From an uncultured cyanobacterium (GTDB lineage Bacteria > Cyanobacteriota > Cyanobacteriia > Cyanobacteriales > CAWUOF01), in the NCBI GenBank assembly GCA_963744145.1, contig CAVUSO010000001.1:1184001-1248000 (forward strand): 64,000 nt of DNA. Direction: 5' to 3'. Positions 50,101 through 62,162 of the stretch are shown one piece after another. The position numbers and the translations under genes were made by a program. The first letter of the stretch is position 1. Every line of letters begins with the position of its first letter. The notes under the pieces were generated by a model that saw only the letters and a list, made by a program, of their open reading frames with translations, was not told the origin of the DNA and did no database searches.

Positions 50101-50175
50101 AATTTAATTTCTTCAAATAAATTAAAAAATTGTTAAGCTGCGATCGCGCATCAAGTTTGCCAATCCTGATGATGT

Positions 50176-53100
50176 TTATTTAAAATCTAAATCTGTTACC
50201 CCATCCCAGTCTAGCGGAACTCCATACTGTAAATATTGTTGACATCGCTTTACATATAACATCGCTGCCTGATCTTCCGGATTAGTAGCTAATATTGAGG
50301 TAAATACAGGTTGCGCCCCCAGGAAATCCTGGCGATTATAAGCCATTACTGCTGCTTCAAACCTACTTTTAGTTTCTGTCTTTAATTGATGGGATAATCC
50401 CTCTTCTGGATCATAGATTTCATAAATTGCCACCGCATCATTTTTCCCTTTCACTCGGACTCGATCGAGAAATCTAAAACTATAATGCTGAATCTCTTCA
50501 ATCCGAACTAAGGTATGGACACTGATTAAGATTCCAGCTCCATATAACTTGGTTAATCCTTCCAACCGCGAAGCTAAATTCACTGCATCTGAAATTACGG
50601 TAGTTTCCATTCGTTCCGGTTCTCCAATAGTTCCTAACATTAAATTCCCCGTATGTAAACCAATCCCAATTGCGATCGGCACTAATCCCTGTTGTTGTCG
50701 CGCTTGATTAAAAAGTGCGACTTTTTGCTGCATCGAAATTGCGGCTTGAACTGCCCCATCTGCGGACTGGGGAAATAAAGCCATAATCGCATCCCCAATA
50801 TACTTATCAATAAACCCATCATGTTCTCTAATCGCCGGACTAACTTGACTTAAATAGGCATTAATAAAATTAAAATTCTCTTGGGGTGTCATCCCTTCTG
50901 ACAGGTTAGTAAAGGAGCGAATATCGGCAAACATTACGGTCATTTCTTGCTGAGTTTGATTGCCAATTTGGACATCAATAATGCTTTCTTTCCCTAGAAA
51001 ATTGAGAAAATCTCGCGGTACAAATCGCCCGTAAGCTAAAGTAAGTTTAGCTAAGTTCAAATGAGTTTTCATTCGCGCTAGCATTTCCTGTTTTTGAATC
51101 GGTTTAGCCAAATAATCATTGGCACCGGATGTAAATCCCTCTACTATATTTTCAGTTTGATTTTTGGCCGTCAGCATCACAATTGGCAATTCATGGGCCG
51201 GAAAACGTTCGCGAATTTTCTGACAAACTTCATAACCAGTCATCCGGGGCATCATCAAATCTAGGAGGATTAAATCCGGAATAAAACCATTTTCAATTGT
51301 GGCTAAAGCTTCTTCTCCATTACTGGCTTCAGTTATGGTATAATTATAAAGAGAAAGGTTGTTGATTAGGACTTGACGATTAATCGGTTCGTCATCCACG
51401 ATTAAAATTTTGAATAGTTGATCGTCAGTAGCAAGATTAACGGCTTTTTGGATAGGAGCTAAAGTGATTAATTCAGAACTAATCCGATTGTGGAGTGCCA
51501 TAATTGGTGAAACTGACTTAACTTTTTCTGTGGCAATGGGTAAAGTAAAGGTGAATTGTGAACCAACTCCGATTTGCGACTGGAGCGTAATTTTACCACC
51601 ATGTATTTCCACAAGTTGTTTGGTCACAGCTAGTCCCAATCCGGTGCCACCATATTCTCTAGCAGTCGAACCTTCCGCTTGTTCAAAGGATTGAAAGATG
51701 CGCTCAAACTTATCTTCAGCAATGCCAATTCCTGTATCCGAAATGGTGATAGCTAATACACTCTCTTGGTGAGAAGATATCACTTGTGCAGAAACTTTAA
51801 CAGTGCCCGATGGGGTAAATTTAATGGCATTACCAATTAGGTTGTGGAGAATTTGTTGTAAACGATTTTCGTCAGCCTCCGCATTAGGTAAGTCTTCCGG
51901 AATAGCGTTAATTAGTTGCAAATTTTTCTGGTAGGCTAAAGGTTGGCTGAGGGTGAGAACAATCTGAGTAATGGCTCTTAAATCGACAGGTGTTAATCGG
52001 AGTTCAAGGTTCTTCTGTTTGAGTTTAGAGAAGTCAAGAATATCGTTAATTAAGCTGGCCAGACGGCGACCACTGGAAACAATTAATTGTAGGTTAGTTT
52101 GGGTAGTGGAAGGGAGTTCTCCTGTTGCACCATCAATGAGTGATTCCGCAATGCCAATAATCCCATTTAAAGGAGTGCGGAGTTCATGGGAGGTATTCGC
52201 TAAAAATTCATCTTTAAGTTGGTCAAGATGATGCAGTTCTTCATTTTTATGAGCGAGGGTTTCTTTTTGAGATTCAAGGGTATTAAAGGATTGTTTAAGT
52301 TGTGCAGCCATGCTATTAAATGACTGCTCTAGGGTCTCAATTTCTTCAATTTCGAGGACATCGATCGTTTCTACCTGTTGATCAAGATTACCTTCGGCTA
52401 GTTCCTTAGAAGCTTGGGTTAATTTGAGAATGGGGTGAGTAATCAAACTTGCTGTAAAAATACCGATCGCGATCGCTACTCCTAAAGCTATCAAAGTTAA
52501 CCAAATTGTGTTGCGAGTATTGGCGTCAATTTGGGCCATGAAATCTGCTTCTGGTATAACTACCACAATTAACCAATCGATTCCTTTACCGTCATTCAAC
52601 GGCAATACTTGTACATACTGTCGTTCATTCTGTAACTGATAGTCCAATTGTTGCGATCGCTCAATTTTCTCAAAGCTACCAAATTGTTTTTGCAAATATC
52701 GTGCAGTTTCACGCACACGGGATTCGACGCTTTCTGTAGCTAAAATGAGTTTAGCATCTTTACCCTGACCGACGGTCAATGCTTCGTTTGTTGAACTGGA
52801 AAGCAGAGTACCTGTACGATCAATGATAAAAGCTCGTCCTGTCTTTCCAATCGAAAGGTTTGCCAAAAACTTCCTTAAATCGTCCAGTAATACTACATCA
52901 GTGGCACAAACACCCAAAATATTTTGCCCTGATTCATCATATATTGGTTCACTAGCAGTAATTGTGGGGAGACCACTAGCAAAATCTAAATATACCTCAC
53001 TCCAAGTTGATCGCTTGGCAGTGAGAGCAGCAATATACCAGGGACGTTTACGGGGGTCATAGGGTTTGAGTTTTTCCAAGAGTTGTTGTTTATTGCCCCG

Positions 53101-53559
53101 ACGATCCATTGCATAAAAATAAAAGTTGTAATCAGTTTCTTGATTACTTACAGACATGGCAATGGTTGGCAAATTATGATAAAGAAAGCGATAAGCACCT
53201 AAGTATTGCCCTTGGGAATCACCGCAGTAAGATGAATAAATAAAAGGAGAAATCTGCACTTGAGTGAGAAATTGTTTACCATTGCTGGCATTTGTCATAT
53301 CAAATTCACCCTCAGCAAATGTCGCTGCATTGAGCTGATTGAAAGTATGAGGACTCTCAAGATATTTCCTCAGTTCTCCATCAATCCGAGCTGTAAGTTC
53401 GTTCCGCAATTGGGTTGCTAAGTCATTGACAGCTTTTTGGCTAGTGCGGAAAGAGAGATAGCCCACTAAACCAGCAGCAGCCACAATTTGCAGAACAAAT
53501 GGCACTACCAGGGTAGTACGAAGACGGAATTTTCGGGGGATAGGTTTGTTAATGCTCAT
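50176..53559 (-). CDS. Hybrid kinase-adenylate cyclase paralogue E (different dCache sensor)
   Basis: YDPRKRPWY Cache motif; all catalytic motifs intact. Confidence 0.92.
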   Translation of the reverse strand: MSINKPIPRKFRLRTTLVVPFVLQIVAAAGLVGYLSFRTSQKAVNDLATQLRNELTARIDGELRKYLESPHTFNQLNAATFAEGEFDMTNASNGKQFLTQVQISPFIYSSYCGDSQGQYLGAYRFLYHNLPTIAMSVSNQETDYNFYFYAMDRRGNKQQLLEKLKPYDPRKRPWYIAALTAKRSTWSEVYLDFASGLPTITASEPIYDESGQNILGVCATDVVLLDDLRKFLANLSIGKTGRAFIIDRTGTLLSSSTNEALTVGQGKDAKLILATESVESRVRETARYLQKQFGSFEKIERSQQLDYQLQNERQYVQVLPLNDGKGIDWLIVVVIPEADFMAQIDANTRNTIWLTLIALGVAIAIGIFTASLITHPILKLTQASKELAEGNLDQQVETIDVLEIEEIETLEQSFNSMAAQLKQSFNTLESQKETLAHKNEELHHLDQLKDEFLANTSHELRTPLNGIIGIAESLIDGATGELPSTTQTNLQLIVSSGRRLASLINDILDFSKLKQKNLELRLTPVDLRAITQIVLTLSQPLAYQKNLQLINAIPEDLPNAEADENRLQQILHNLIGNAIKFTPSGTVKVSAQVISSHQESVLAITISDTGIGIAEDKFERIFQSFEQAEGSTAREYGGTGLGLAVTKQLVEIHGGKITLQSQIGVGSQFTFTLPIATEKVKSVSPIMALHNRISSELITLAPIQKAVNLATDDQLFKILIVDDEPINRQVLINNLSLYNYTITEASNGEEALATIENGFIPDLILLDLMMPRMTGYEVCQKIRERFPAHELPIVMLTAKNQTENIVEGFTSGANDYLAKPIQKQEMLARMKTHLNLAKLTLAYGRFVPRDFLNFLGKESIIDVQIGNQTQQEMTVMFADIRSFTNLSEGMTPQENFNFINAYLSQVSPAIREHDGFIDKYIGDAIMALFPQSADGAVQAAISMQQKVALFNQARQQQGLVPIAIGIGLHTGNLMLGTIGEPERMETTVISDAVNLASRLEGLTKLYGAGILISVHTLVRIEEIQHYSFRFLDRVRVKGKNDAVAIYEIYDPEEGLSHQLKTETKSRFEAAVMAYNRQDFLGAQPVFTSILATNPEDQAAMLYVKRCQQYLQYGVPLDWDGVTDLDFK

Positions 53560-53897
53560 AACTCGGTTTTTTTTGTTACTATTAACGGGTTAGCCTTTTT
53601 GATGTATTCCTTCAAGACCTCAAGATCAAACTCCGGTAACTATTCGCTTTTTTAAGCAATATCCCGATTAAAATCCCAACAGCTAATTTCCCAGAAGAAG
53701 TGTGAAGCATTCGGATCTAATGTTACTCTTATAATCGCTCAATTTTCGCCCGAATGCTATGCCTCCGGCACGCTACGCAAACACCCCTACACTTAATTGA
53801 ACTATTTTGCACTAAAAAAGAAGTGATTAGCTAGTTGCATAAAATTCTTCTTTTGATAGGAGTTAATTTTAATATTCTGGTGCTTGATTTTTGCTAC

Positions 53898-56687
53898 TCA
53901 TTTAAAATCCAAATCCGTTACACCATCCCAGTCTACCGGAACTCCATACTGTAAATATTGTTGACATCGCTTTACATATAACATCGCTGCCTGATCTTCA
54001 GGATTAGTAGCTAATATTGAGGTAAATATAGGTTGCGCTCCCACAAAATCCTGGCGATTATAAGCCATCACTGCTGCTTCAAATACACTTTTAGTTTGTG
54101 TTTTTAATTGATGAGATAATCCCTCTTCTGGATCGTATATTTCATAAATGGCCACTGCATCATTTTTACCTTTCACTCGCACCCGATCGAGAAATCTAAA
54201 ACTATAATGCTGAATTTCTTCAATCCGAACTAAAGTATGTACACTGATTAAAATTCCCGCTCCATATAACTTGGTTAATCCTTCTAAACGCGAAGCTAAA
54301 TTCACTGCATCAGAAATTACAGTAGTTTCCATTCGTTCCGGTTCTCCAATGGTGCCTAACATTAAATTCCCCGTATGTAAACCAATCCCAATCGCGATCG
54401 GCACTAATCCCTGTTGTTGTCGCTCTTGATTAAAAAGTGCGACTTTTTGCTGCATCGAAATTGCGGCTTGAACTGCTCCATCTGCTGACTGGGGAAATAA
54501 AGCCATAATCCCATCCCCAATATACTTATCAATAAATCCATTATGTTCTCTAATCGCAGGACTAACTTGACTTAAATAGGCATTAATAAAATTAAAAGTC
54601 TCTTGAGGTGTCATCCCTTCTGACAGGTTAGTAAAGGAGCGAATATCGACAAACATTACCGTCATTTCTTGCTGAATTTGGTTACCAATTTGGACATCAA
54701 TAATGCTGTCTTTCCCTAAAAAGTTGAGAAAATCTCGTGGCACAAATCGTCCGTAAGCTAAAGTCAGTTTAGCTAAATTCAAATGAGTTTTCATCCGGGC
54801 AAGCATTTCTTGTTTTTGAATCGGTTTAGTCAAATAATCATTGGCACCTGATGTAAATCCCTCCACAATATTTTCAGTTTGATTTTTTGCCGTCAGGATG
54901 ACGATCGGCAATTCATGAGCTGGAAAACGTTCACGAAGGATCTGACAAACTTCATAACCAGTCATTCGGGGCATCATCAAATCCAGGAGGATCAAATCAG
55001 GAATAAAACCATTTTCAATCGTGGCTAAAGCTTCTTCTCCATTACTCGCTTCACTCAGGGTATAGTTATAAAGAGAAAGGTTATTAATTAAGACCTGACG
55101 ATTAATTGGTTCGTCGTCAACAATTAAAATTTTAAAAGGTTGATCGTCATTAGCAAAATTAACGGCATTTTGCATGGATGATAAAGGGATTAATTCAGAC
55201 CTATTATTGTCGCGAGCTGCAATTGGTTGAACTGATTTAACTTTTTCTTGGGCGATCGGTAAAGTAAAGGTAAATTGTGAACCGACTCCAACTTGTGACT
55301 TAACACTAATTTTACCACCATGTAATTCTACTAGTTGTTTAGTTACAGCCAATCCTAATCCGGTGCCACCATATTCTCTAGCAGTGGAACCTTCTGCTTG
55401 TTCAAAGGATTCAAAGATCCGCTCAAAATTATCTTCAGCAATGCCAATTCCTGTATCAAACACGGTAATAGCTAATATCTCTTTATCCGACCGTGATATC
55501 ACTTGTGCAGAGGTTTCGATCGTACCAGATGGAGTAAATTTAATGGCATTGCCAATTAGATTGTGGAGAATTTGTTGTAAGCGATTTTCGTCAGCTTCCG
55601 CATTGGGTAAGTCTTCCGGAATAGCGTTAATTAGTTGTAAATTTTTCTGGTGAGCTAAAGGTTGGCTGAGAGTAAGAACAATCTCAGTAATAGCTCTTAA
55701 ATCGACAGGTGTTAATTTGAGTTCGAGGGTCTGGTGTCTGAGTTTAGAAAAGTCAAGAATATCGTTAATTAAACTAGCGAGACGGCGACCACTAGAGACA
55801 ATCAATTGCAAGTTGCTTTGGGTGGTAGTAGGGAGTTCTCCAGTTGCACCATCAATCAGTGATTCAGCAATCCCAATAATACCATTTAGAGGAGTACGGA
55901 GTTCGTGGGAAGTATTGGCAAGAAATTCATCTTTGAGTTGATCGAGATGGTGTAGTTCTTGGTTTTTTGTCTCCAAGCGTTTCTTGGCTTCTGCTAGTTC
56001 TTGCTCGCGAATTTTTACGGTTTGAACCATCCCCTGAAATACTCGTGCTAGTCGTCCTAATTCATCGGTTCTAATAGCAATATCATGCAAATCTTCTGCC
56101 TGAAATGTATCATTTTCCACGGCGATCGCAGCATCAGTCATGATTTCAACTTGTTGAATATATTGCTGCATTTGCTGATTCTGTGCTATGATGGCGCTAT
56201 GATGGTTTTCGATCGTCAACATTGCCATCTGATAGGTATTAGTCTGGGCAACCAGAAGCTCTTGCAATGCTAGTAACTGATAAGTTTCTTGACCAAGATC
56301 TACAACGATCGGTTCATACAGATATTCAGATGGACGTTGCAAACATACTCTTACTGCTTCAAAAATTGGTAGATCGGCAGAGAGAATGGTAAGATTTTGG
56401 CGAATAAATGGACAGATAGTATAGAGTTTGCGTAGCGATCGCTGTAAAAATAACTCTCGACCAAAAGGTTTACTGAGAATTTCTAGAAACTTAGCACGAG
56501 AAATAAAACCGTTGAATATACCTTGTTGTGTAAGAATGACACCAGGTAGTAAAATATTGTTCTGAAAAGCTTGCAATAATTCCTCTCCATAGCAGAGATC
56601 ATCCATTTGAAATGTAATCATCTGTAAATCTCGCAGTTTCGAGTCGAGTTGCAGATTATGCGCTAGCACTTTTTCGGAGTTAGTCAT
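53898..56687 (-). CDS. Hybrid kinase-adenylate cyclase paralogue F, soluble, CBS-like N-terminus; ATG 56687 inferred
   Basis: No TMs; LPGVIL...[26 protein letters not shown]-like [12 protein letters not shown]; catalytic motifs intact. Confidence 0.9.
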   Translation of the reverse strand: MTNSEKVLAHNLQLDSKLRDLQMITFQMDDLCYGEELLQAFQNNILLPGVILTQQGIFNGFISRAKFLEILSKPFGRELFLQRSLRKLYTICPFIRQNLTILSADLPIFEAVRVCLQRPSEYLYEPIVVDLGQETYQLLALQELLVAQTNTYQMAMLTIENHHSAIIAQNQQMQQYIQQVEIMTDAAIAVENDTFQAEDLHDIAIRTDELGRLARVFQGMVQTVKIREQELAEAKKRLETKNQELHHLDQLKDEFLANTSHELRTPLNGIIGIAESLIDGATGELPTTTQSNLQLIVSSGRRLASLINDILDFSKLRHQTLELKLTPVDLRAITEIVLTLSQPLAHQKNLQLINAIPEDLPNAEADENRLQQILHNLIGNAIKFTPSGTIETSAQVISRSDKEILAITVFDTGIGIAEDNFERIFESFEQAEGSTAREYGGTGLGLAVTKQLVELHGGKISVKSQVGVGSQFTFTLPIAQEKVKSVQPIAARDNNRSELIPLSSMQNAVNFANDDQPFKILIVDDEPINRQVLINNLSLYNYTLSEASNGEEALATIENGFIPDLILLDLMMPRMTGYEVCQILRERFPAHELPIVILTAKNQTENIVEGFTSGANDYLTKPIQKQEMLARMKTHLNLAKLTLAYGRFVPRDFLNFLGKDSIIDVQIGNQIQQEMTVMFVDIRSFTNLSEGMTPQETFNFINAYLSQVSPAIREHNGFIDKYIGDGIMALFPQSADGAVQAAISMQQKVALFNQERQQQGLVPIAIGIGLHTGNLMLGTIGEPERMETTVISDAVNLASRLEGLTKLYGAGILISVHTLVRIEEIQHYSFRFLDRVRVKGKNDAVAIYEIYDPEEGLSHQLKTQTKSVFEAAVMAYNRQDFVGAQPIFTSILATNPEDQAAMLYVKRCQQYLQYGVPVDWDGVTDLDFK

Positions 56688-57133
56688 GTCTAATTTTTTC
56701 TGAGAATTTTCAAAAATCTTTCCCTGCAAAGCTTTGAGGAAATTAAAGCTTTATATATCATCACAAACTGTGATTGAATCGGTCATCCTATTCAGTTAGA
56801 TTGCACACACTCGGGATAAATATGATAACAATTTTTGATCATATTAGCCGATCGCGACCGCATGACCATCCGATGATCGGGACATCAGTCTTACCACCAA
56901 AAAACCTTGTGGGACAGAGGTCTGATCTGTCCTAATTATTTTTGTCAGAGGTCTATTGTGAAGATGCGTTTACCCGGAAAAGTTCACCCATCCTGATTTT
57001 TGATGTGGGTTGACGATGATTGGGAATCCTTGGTAAGTTAAAAATCTTCAGCTACTGATAAATTGAAAATGCTGAGATATTAATTGCTCAACTCACCTAT
57101 TATTTAGATATGTTGTATCACCAGTGAAGCAAG

Positions 57134-58186
57134 ATGAAAGCACAGGTATTTAGAGGTGTCAATCAACTCAGTTATGAAGAAGTACCCCTCCCAAAAGTAG
57201 AACCATCGGAAGTTCTAGTCCAGGTCAGGGTGGTCGGATTATGTCAATCTGATATTAAAAAGATTTGCTATCCTCTCTACCAACCACCACGGATTTTTGG
57301 TCACGAAACTGCTGGTGTAATTACAGCGATCGGATCAGCAGTAACAGGTTGGTCAGTAGGACAACGAGTGGTCGTGATGCACCATATTCCTTGTATGGGT
57401 TGTCCCTATTGTCTAAATGACAATTTCTCTATGTGTCAAACCTATAAAGATATTACCACAACTGCTGGATTTATACCTAGTGGTGGTGGGTTTGCTGAAT
57501 ATGTCAAAGTTCCTGGTCATATTGTCCAACATGGAGGTTTGATCCCAATTCCCGAAGGAGTGAGTTTTGAACAAGCTAGTTTTGTTGAACCCACTAATTG
57601 TTGTCTCAAAGCGGTGAAAAAAGCCCAAATTTCTCCAGGTCAAACTGTGTTAGTAACTGGTGCTGGACCAATTGGGTTGATGTTTGTGATGTTAATTAAG
57701 TTCTTTGGAGCAAAAGCGATCGCTACAGATTTAATTTCGACGCGGGTTGACAAAGCTTTACAACTAGGTGCTACAGCTGCTTTTGATGCTCGTGACCCTG
57801 AATTGGTCAGAAAAATTCAAGCACTGACAGGAGGAATGGGAGTTGATACCACATTATTAGCAGTTCCTAGTGATAAAGCTTTTTTTCAAGCGTTAGATTG
57901 TACCCGTAAAGGTGGTAAGATTCTCTTTTTTGCGGAATTTCCAGATGAGTTAGAAATTCCCATTAATCCCAATATTCTCTATCGTCGCGAAATTGATTTG
58001 ATGGGTAGTTATAGTTCTTCTTATCGACTCCAAACCCTAGCTGCTGATATTGTCTTTAATCAGGATATTGATGTCAATGCTTTAATTAGCGATCGCTATC
58101 CTTTAGCTGAATTAGCCACAGCAGTCAAACAAGCAATCTCCCCAACTCCAGAGACTTACAAAATTCTAATCTATCCTGAAAAATGA
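57134..58186 (+). CDS. Zinc-dependent alcohol/sorbitol dehydrogenase (MDR family)
   Basis: GLCQSD, GHE.AG, CxxCxxC...C, GAGPIG. Confidence 0.93.
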   Translation: MKAQVFRGVNQLSYEEVPLPKVEPSEVLVQVRVVGLCQSDIKKICYPLYQPPRIFGHETAGVITAIGSAVTGWSVGQRVVVMHHIPCMGCPYCLNDNFSMCQTYKDITTTAGFIPSGGGFAEYVKVPGHIVQHGGLIPIPEGVSFEQASFVEPTNCCLKAVKKAQISPGQTVLVTGAGPIGLMFVMLIKFFGAKAIATDLISTRVDKALQLGATAAFDARDPELVRKIQALTGGMGVDTTLLAVPSDKAFFQALDCTRKGGKILFFAEFPDELEIPINPNILYRREIDLMGSYSSSYRLQTLAADIVFNQDIDVNALISDRYPLAELATAVKQAISPTPETYKILIYPEK

Positions 58187-58902
58187 GTTTTTCCTATCCT
58201 CAGCGTCAACATGAACTGAAAAAATTAATCCAAAAATTGGGATTAGCCCCAACCGCACCAATCGATTGGAATTTATTAGACTTAGCTTTAATTCATCGGA
58301 GTTTTTCTGCGGCTAAAAATTACGAACAGTTAGAATTTGTGGGAGATGCAGTAGTGCGATTAGCTGCGGCTGAATTTTTGTTAGAAAATTATCCAGATGC
58401 AACAGTAGGTGAATATGGATCGATTCGGTCTGTCTTAGTCAGCGATCGCATTTTAGCAAGACTAGCTAGAAGTTATGGATTCGAGCGTTATCTATTAGTT
58501 TCAGCTAGTGCTGCTGGGGACAAAGCTGGGGAAGACTCCCGACTAGCAGATACTTTTGAAGCTGTCTTAGGTGCACTTTATTTAAGTACCCATAATCTCG
58601 ATTTAATCCGTCCTTGGTTAGATGGTCATTTTCAGGAATTATCAGTAGAAATTCGTCGCGATCCTGCCCATTTTAATTATAAAGAAGCGTTGCAAGAATT
58701 AACCCAAAGTCTTTATAAGGCTTTACCTGAATATCGAGTCCAGGAAGTCAAGAAAATTCATGGGGATGAGGAACGATTTCGGGCTGAAGTTTGGTTTCAA
58801 GGAGAACAATTAGGAGAAGGAAATGGGATTTCTAAAAAAGCTGCTCAACAAGCTGCTGCTCAAATAGCATTTCGATTGCTTCAGCAAAAATTAGAACACT
58901 AA
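58183..58902 (+). CDS. rnc: Ribonuclease III
   Basis: NYEQLEFVGDAV signature, LADTFEAVLGALYL, C-terminal dsRBD. Confidence 0.95.
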   Translation: MSFSYPQRQHELKKLIQKLGLAPTAPIDWNLLDLALIHRSFSAAKNYEQLEFVGDAVVRLAAAEFLLENYPDATVGEYGSIRSVLVSDRILARLARSYGFERYLLVSASAAGDKAGEDSRLADTFEAVLGALYLSTHNLDLIRPWLDGHFQELSVEIRRDPAHFNYKEALQELTQSLYKALPEYRVQEVKKIHGDEERFRAEVWFQGEQLGEGNGISKKAAQQAAAQIAFRLLQQKLEH

Positions 58903-58931
58903 TGCTAAATTAAGGATATAACATCTCAAAT

Positions 58932-60917
58932 ATGACGAGTAAGATGACTAAATCTGCGGCAAATCACATTTCTTGGCAAAAACGTCTTCAGTATCAATTT
59001 GACAATTTCATGTCTAAAGGCGGTTTCGCTGTTTTTCTGGCATTATTGTCATTATTTTTGATCACTTTTGTGCTGATGACTGCATCACGCTACTTAGTAG
59101 AATGGTGGTTTCCAAATCAGGGTGAACAAAATTATACTAATTTTACCTGGGACGTATTTGTCCAACTAATTGGGCTCAGAGATACAGGAGAAGATGCTAA
59201 TTTTGCTACCAAATTTGTGGGTGTAGTCACAATTTTTTCAGGGTTAATCTTGTTTTCTAGTCTGGTCGCTTTTATTACCCAGGAATTTGAATCAAAATTG
59301 CAATCACTCCGCAAAGGTAAAAGTTTAGTAGTAGAAGAAAATCATACATTAATTTTAGGAATTAGCGATCGAATTATCGACATTATTAATGAATTAATTA
59401 TTGCTAATGAATCGGAAAAAGATGCAGTAATTGTGATTCTTTCTGACCAAGATAAGGAGGAGATAGATGAATATTTACGCAATAATTTAGGTGATCTAAA
59501 AAGCACAAGAATAGTAACTCGTAATGGTTCTATTACCAATTTAAGTGACTTAGATATGGTCGCGATCAAACTTGCTAAAACAGTGATTATTTTAAATAAT
59601 GCAAAATCTGCCGATTTAGATGAAACTAAAGCTTTAGCAGATGCTCGTGCGGTGAAAGCGGTTCTCGCAGTTACAGCGGCTAATGAAGAAAAGAAATTAC
59701 CACCCATTGTAGTAGAATTACACTCAGAACAATATCGTCGTCTGGCTAAAAATATTGCTCCTGGAAAAGTTACGACTCTGAATGAATCAGATATTTTAGC
59801 CCGAATTTTAGTCCAAACATCTCGGAGTCTAGGACTAGCAGGAGTCTATTTAAACTTAGTCGGGTTTGAAGGAAATGAATTTTATTTCTATCGTCCGGAA
59901 GATGGTTGGCAAAATATTACTTTTAGAAAATTACCGCTTTGTTTTTCCCATGGTACTCCTTTAGGAATTCGTCATGTAGATGGTAGTTTAGTCATCAATC
60001 CTCCTTTAGATTATAAACTCGCTGGTGGTGATGAGGCAATTATTTTAGCCCAAGATGATTCAAAAATTAGTTTTGCTCCCCAATCTATGGTCGATTTAAA
60101 AAATAACAACTATGTTAATCGAGGAAAAACTCTTGAACAAAAATTAGAAAAATATTTGATTATTGGCTGGAATACCAAAACCAAAATTATTCTCCAAGAA
60201 TATGCCAAATACTTGATAGCTGATTCCCAAGTGAACCTAGTAGTTGAGCAATTAACTGACGATATTAACACTACATTCAATCAAATTTCTGAAACATATC
60301 CTCATCTAAAAATGTCAGTTTTGCAGGTAGATTTGAATTCAATTGAAGAAATTACCGCTCTCAATCCTCACGATTTCGATACCATCTCAATCTTATCGAG
60401 TCAAGGAGATAGTTCTGAACAAGTTGATGCAAAAACTCTAACTATATTGTTAGAAATACGCCAAATATTAAACACCTATACTGCTAAAACTGGTCAGAAA
60501 GTAACCACAGAATTGATTGCAGAAATTATGAATTCAGACGATACTGACTTAGTTATTAAAGCTGGGGTCAAAGATTTTCTACTCACTGATAAATTTGTTT
60601 CTAAGATTTTAGCCCAGGTATCACAAGAACCTGATATAATGTCCATCTATAATGATTTGTTCTCTGCGGAAGGAAGTGAACTATATATCAAACCTTTATG
60701 GCTTTACTTTGCACCAGAAGAAATCTATAATGCAACTTTTGTTGATTGTATCATTGCTGCTCAACAACGACAGGAATTATGTATTGGTGTAAAAATTAAT
60801 TCCCAAGCACAGAATAAAGATCATAACTTTGGGATTTATTTAGTCCCAAATTGGGATGAGCAGCTAAATCTTAAATTTGAAGATAGTTTAATTACTTTAG
60901 CTGAAAATGAAACCTGA
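58932..60917 (+). CDS. CASTOR/POLLUX-like ion channel (2 TM + tandem RCK)
   Basis: Y.FDNFMSKG, LRKGKS.VVEENHTLILG, LVQTSRS.GL, F.G.E.Y, L.SAEGSE.YIKP. Confidence 0.8.
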   Translation: MTSKMTKSAANHISWQKRLQYQFDNFMSKGGFAVFLALLSLFLITFVLMTASRYLVEWWFPNQGEQNYTNFTWDVFVQLIGLRDTGEDANFATKFVGVVTIFSGLILFSSLVAFITQEFESKLQSLRKGKSLVVEENHTLILGISDRIIDIINELIIANESEKDAVIVILSDQDKEEIDEYLRNNLGDLKSTRIVTRNGSITNLSDLDMVAIKLAKTVIILNNAKSADLDETKALADARAVKAVLAVTAANEEKKLPPIVVELHSEQYRRLAKNIAPGKVTTLNESDILARILVQTSRSLGLAGVYLNLVGFEGNEFYFYRPEDGWQNITFRKLPLCFSHGTPLGIRHVDGSLVINPPLDYKLAGGDEAIILAQDDSKISFAPQSMVDLKNNNYVNRGKTLEQKLEKYLIIGWNTKTKIILQEYAKYLIADSQVNLVVEQLTDDINTTFNQISETYPHLKMSVLQVDLNSIEEITALNPHDFDTISILSSQGDSSEQVDAKTLTILLEIRQILNTYTAKTGQKVTTELIAEIMNSDDTDLVIKAGVKDFLLTDKFVSKILAQVSQEPDIMSIYNDLFSAEGSELYIKPLWLYFAPEEIYNATFVDCIIAAQQRQELCIGVKINSQAQNKDHNFGIYLVPNWDEQLNLKFEDSLITLAENET

Positions 60918-60935
60918 TCGGTCATAGGACATAGT

Positions 60936-61029
60936 GTAGGGGCGAAGCATTCGGGCGATCATTTATTGTTAAAATCTGTTAATTTTAGATCCGAATACTT
61001 CACCCTTCGACTCCGCTCAGGGTAAACCC
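60936..61029. repeat. REP-like palindrome plus small dispersed repeat between convergent genes
   Basis: GTAGGGGCGAAGCATTCGG...CCGAATACTTCACCC followed by CTTCGACTCCGCTCAGGGTAAAC. Confidence 0.65.
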
Positions 61030-61061
61030 TTCTTCGTCGAGAGCTTTCAGAAAACTTCAAA

Positions 61062-62162
61062 TTACTCTTGAACATTTTTCTCGATCGCCTGATCGAGATT
61101 TACTGGCTGATAATCTGGACGTTTTTCTAACCGATCTTTGACAGTATAATGGATTTTAGCATTAGAATTAAAAGGTCGCACTTGCACTCCTCCTAAAGCA
61201 TAAATACCTGTCACCTGATTATTAAAATCAGTTGTTGGTTGAGGTTCAACCCCAAATTCTGTGATTTTCCCTTCTGAATCAAAATTACGCTCAATTTTGT
61301 TGGGATCACATTTTAATCCCACTTTACCCGCTTGTTGGATCATCCAATCTAAAGCACAATCGGCTAAACCTCGAGTCTCTTTAGTTCCACCACCGATACA
61401 ACCATGTTCACCCACAAACAAAACTTCTTCTACCAATTGGTTGGGATTTGATTCATTCTTTTTCATGGGAGTGGAAGGAAAACTTCTGCGTTTTTCATCG
61501 ATCGCAACTGCGTGAAAAGCATTTTGGACAATTGGACTGATGGTAGGATCGTAGAACCTATACTTTTGATTAATTATTTTATCAATAGGTAACTGAGGAA
61601 TGAGATTTGGTACACCCAAAGCTCCAACTGTATCCCAGCAACCCAACATGGTGATTGGGACTCGGTAGTCCAGATAGGATTTTTGCTCAGAATTATCTAC
61701 AGCATAACCATTTTTTTGGCGAAAAAGTTGCGCTTCTTGACTATTGGGGTGAATTTTGCGATCGCGGTACATTTGATAAGCTAGGGGAGTTTTCCGAATA
61801 TGCTCACGGCTTAATAAACCCGAATTGTAAATCATCCCTGCTAAACAACGAACAATATAGGCACCGCGACTAAAGCCAAACAGATAAATTTCATCTTGAT
61901 GGGTAATATTGTAATTAATTGATAAAAACCGATAGCCATCTTGAATTAATTTATCAATGCCCCAGCCAAATGCCCCACCTCCTAAATGTTCGACAATACT
62001 CGTAGTATCACTGCCAACTCCCTCTTGATAAAATACAATTTGTGGAGTTCCATCATCGGCAATATATTTTACTGATTGGGCCATTTTAACCACATTGGTC
62101 GGGTAAGAACTTTTCAGTTCATTCCATGTTCCGTCGCAGCACACAACTAGGCGTTTTTTCAT
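61062..62162 (-). CDS. DUF2235 (Tle1-like alpha/beta hydrolase) protein
   Basis: CCDGTWN, PTNV, FGFSRGAY, GCWDTVG, HAVAIDE.R, F.G.H..IGGG. Confidence 0.9.
   Translation of the reverse strand: MKKRLVVCCDGTWNELKSSYPTNVVKMAQSVKYIADDGTPQIVFYQEGVGSDTTSIVEHLGGGAFGWGIDKLIQDGYRFLSINYNITHQDEIYLFGFSRGAYIVRCLAGMIYNSGLLSREHIRKTPLAYQMYRDRKIHPNSQEAQLFRQKNGYAVDNSEQKSYLDYRVPITMLGCWDTVGALGVPNLIPQLPIDKIINQKYRFYDPTISPIVQNAFHAVAIDEKRRSFPSTPMKKNESNPNQLVEEVLFVGEHGCIGGGTKETRGLADCALDWMIQQAGKVGLKCDPNKIERNFDSEGKITEFGVEPQPTTDFNNQVTGIYALGGVQVRPFNSNAKIHYTVKDRLEKRPDYQPVNLDQAIEKNVQE

Noticed and set aside
38450..56273. Recurring + strand ORFs in the cyclase array ([10 protein letters not shown]..., MALKSTG...)
   Set aside because: Antisense shadows of conserved kinase codons; they recur only because the host genes are paralogous
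36011..56687. Array as a pure assembly artefact
   Set aside because: Each copy has a distinct sensor region and many private synonymous changes; long reads are still advisable for the mosaic pattern
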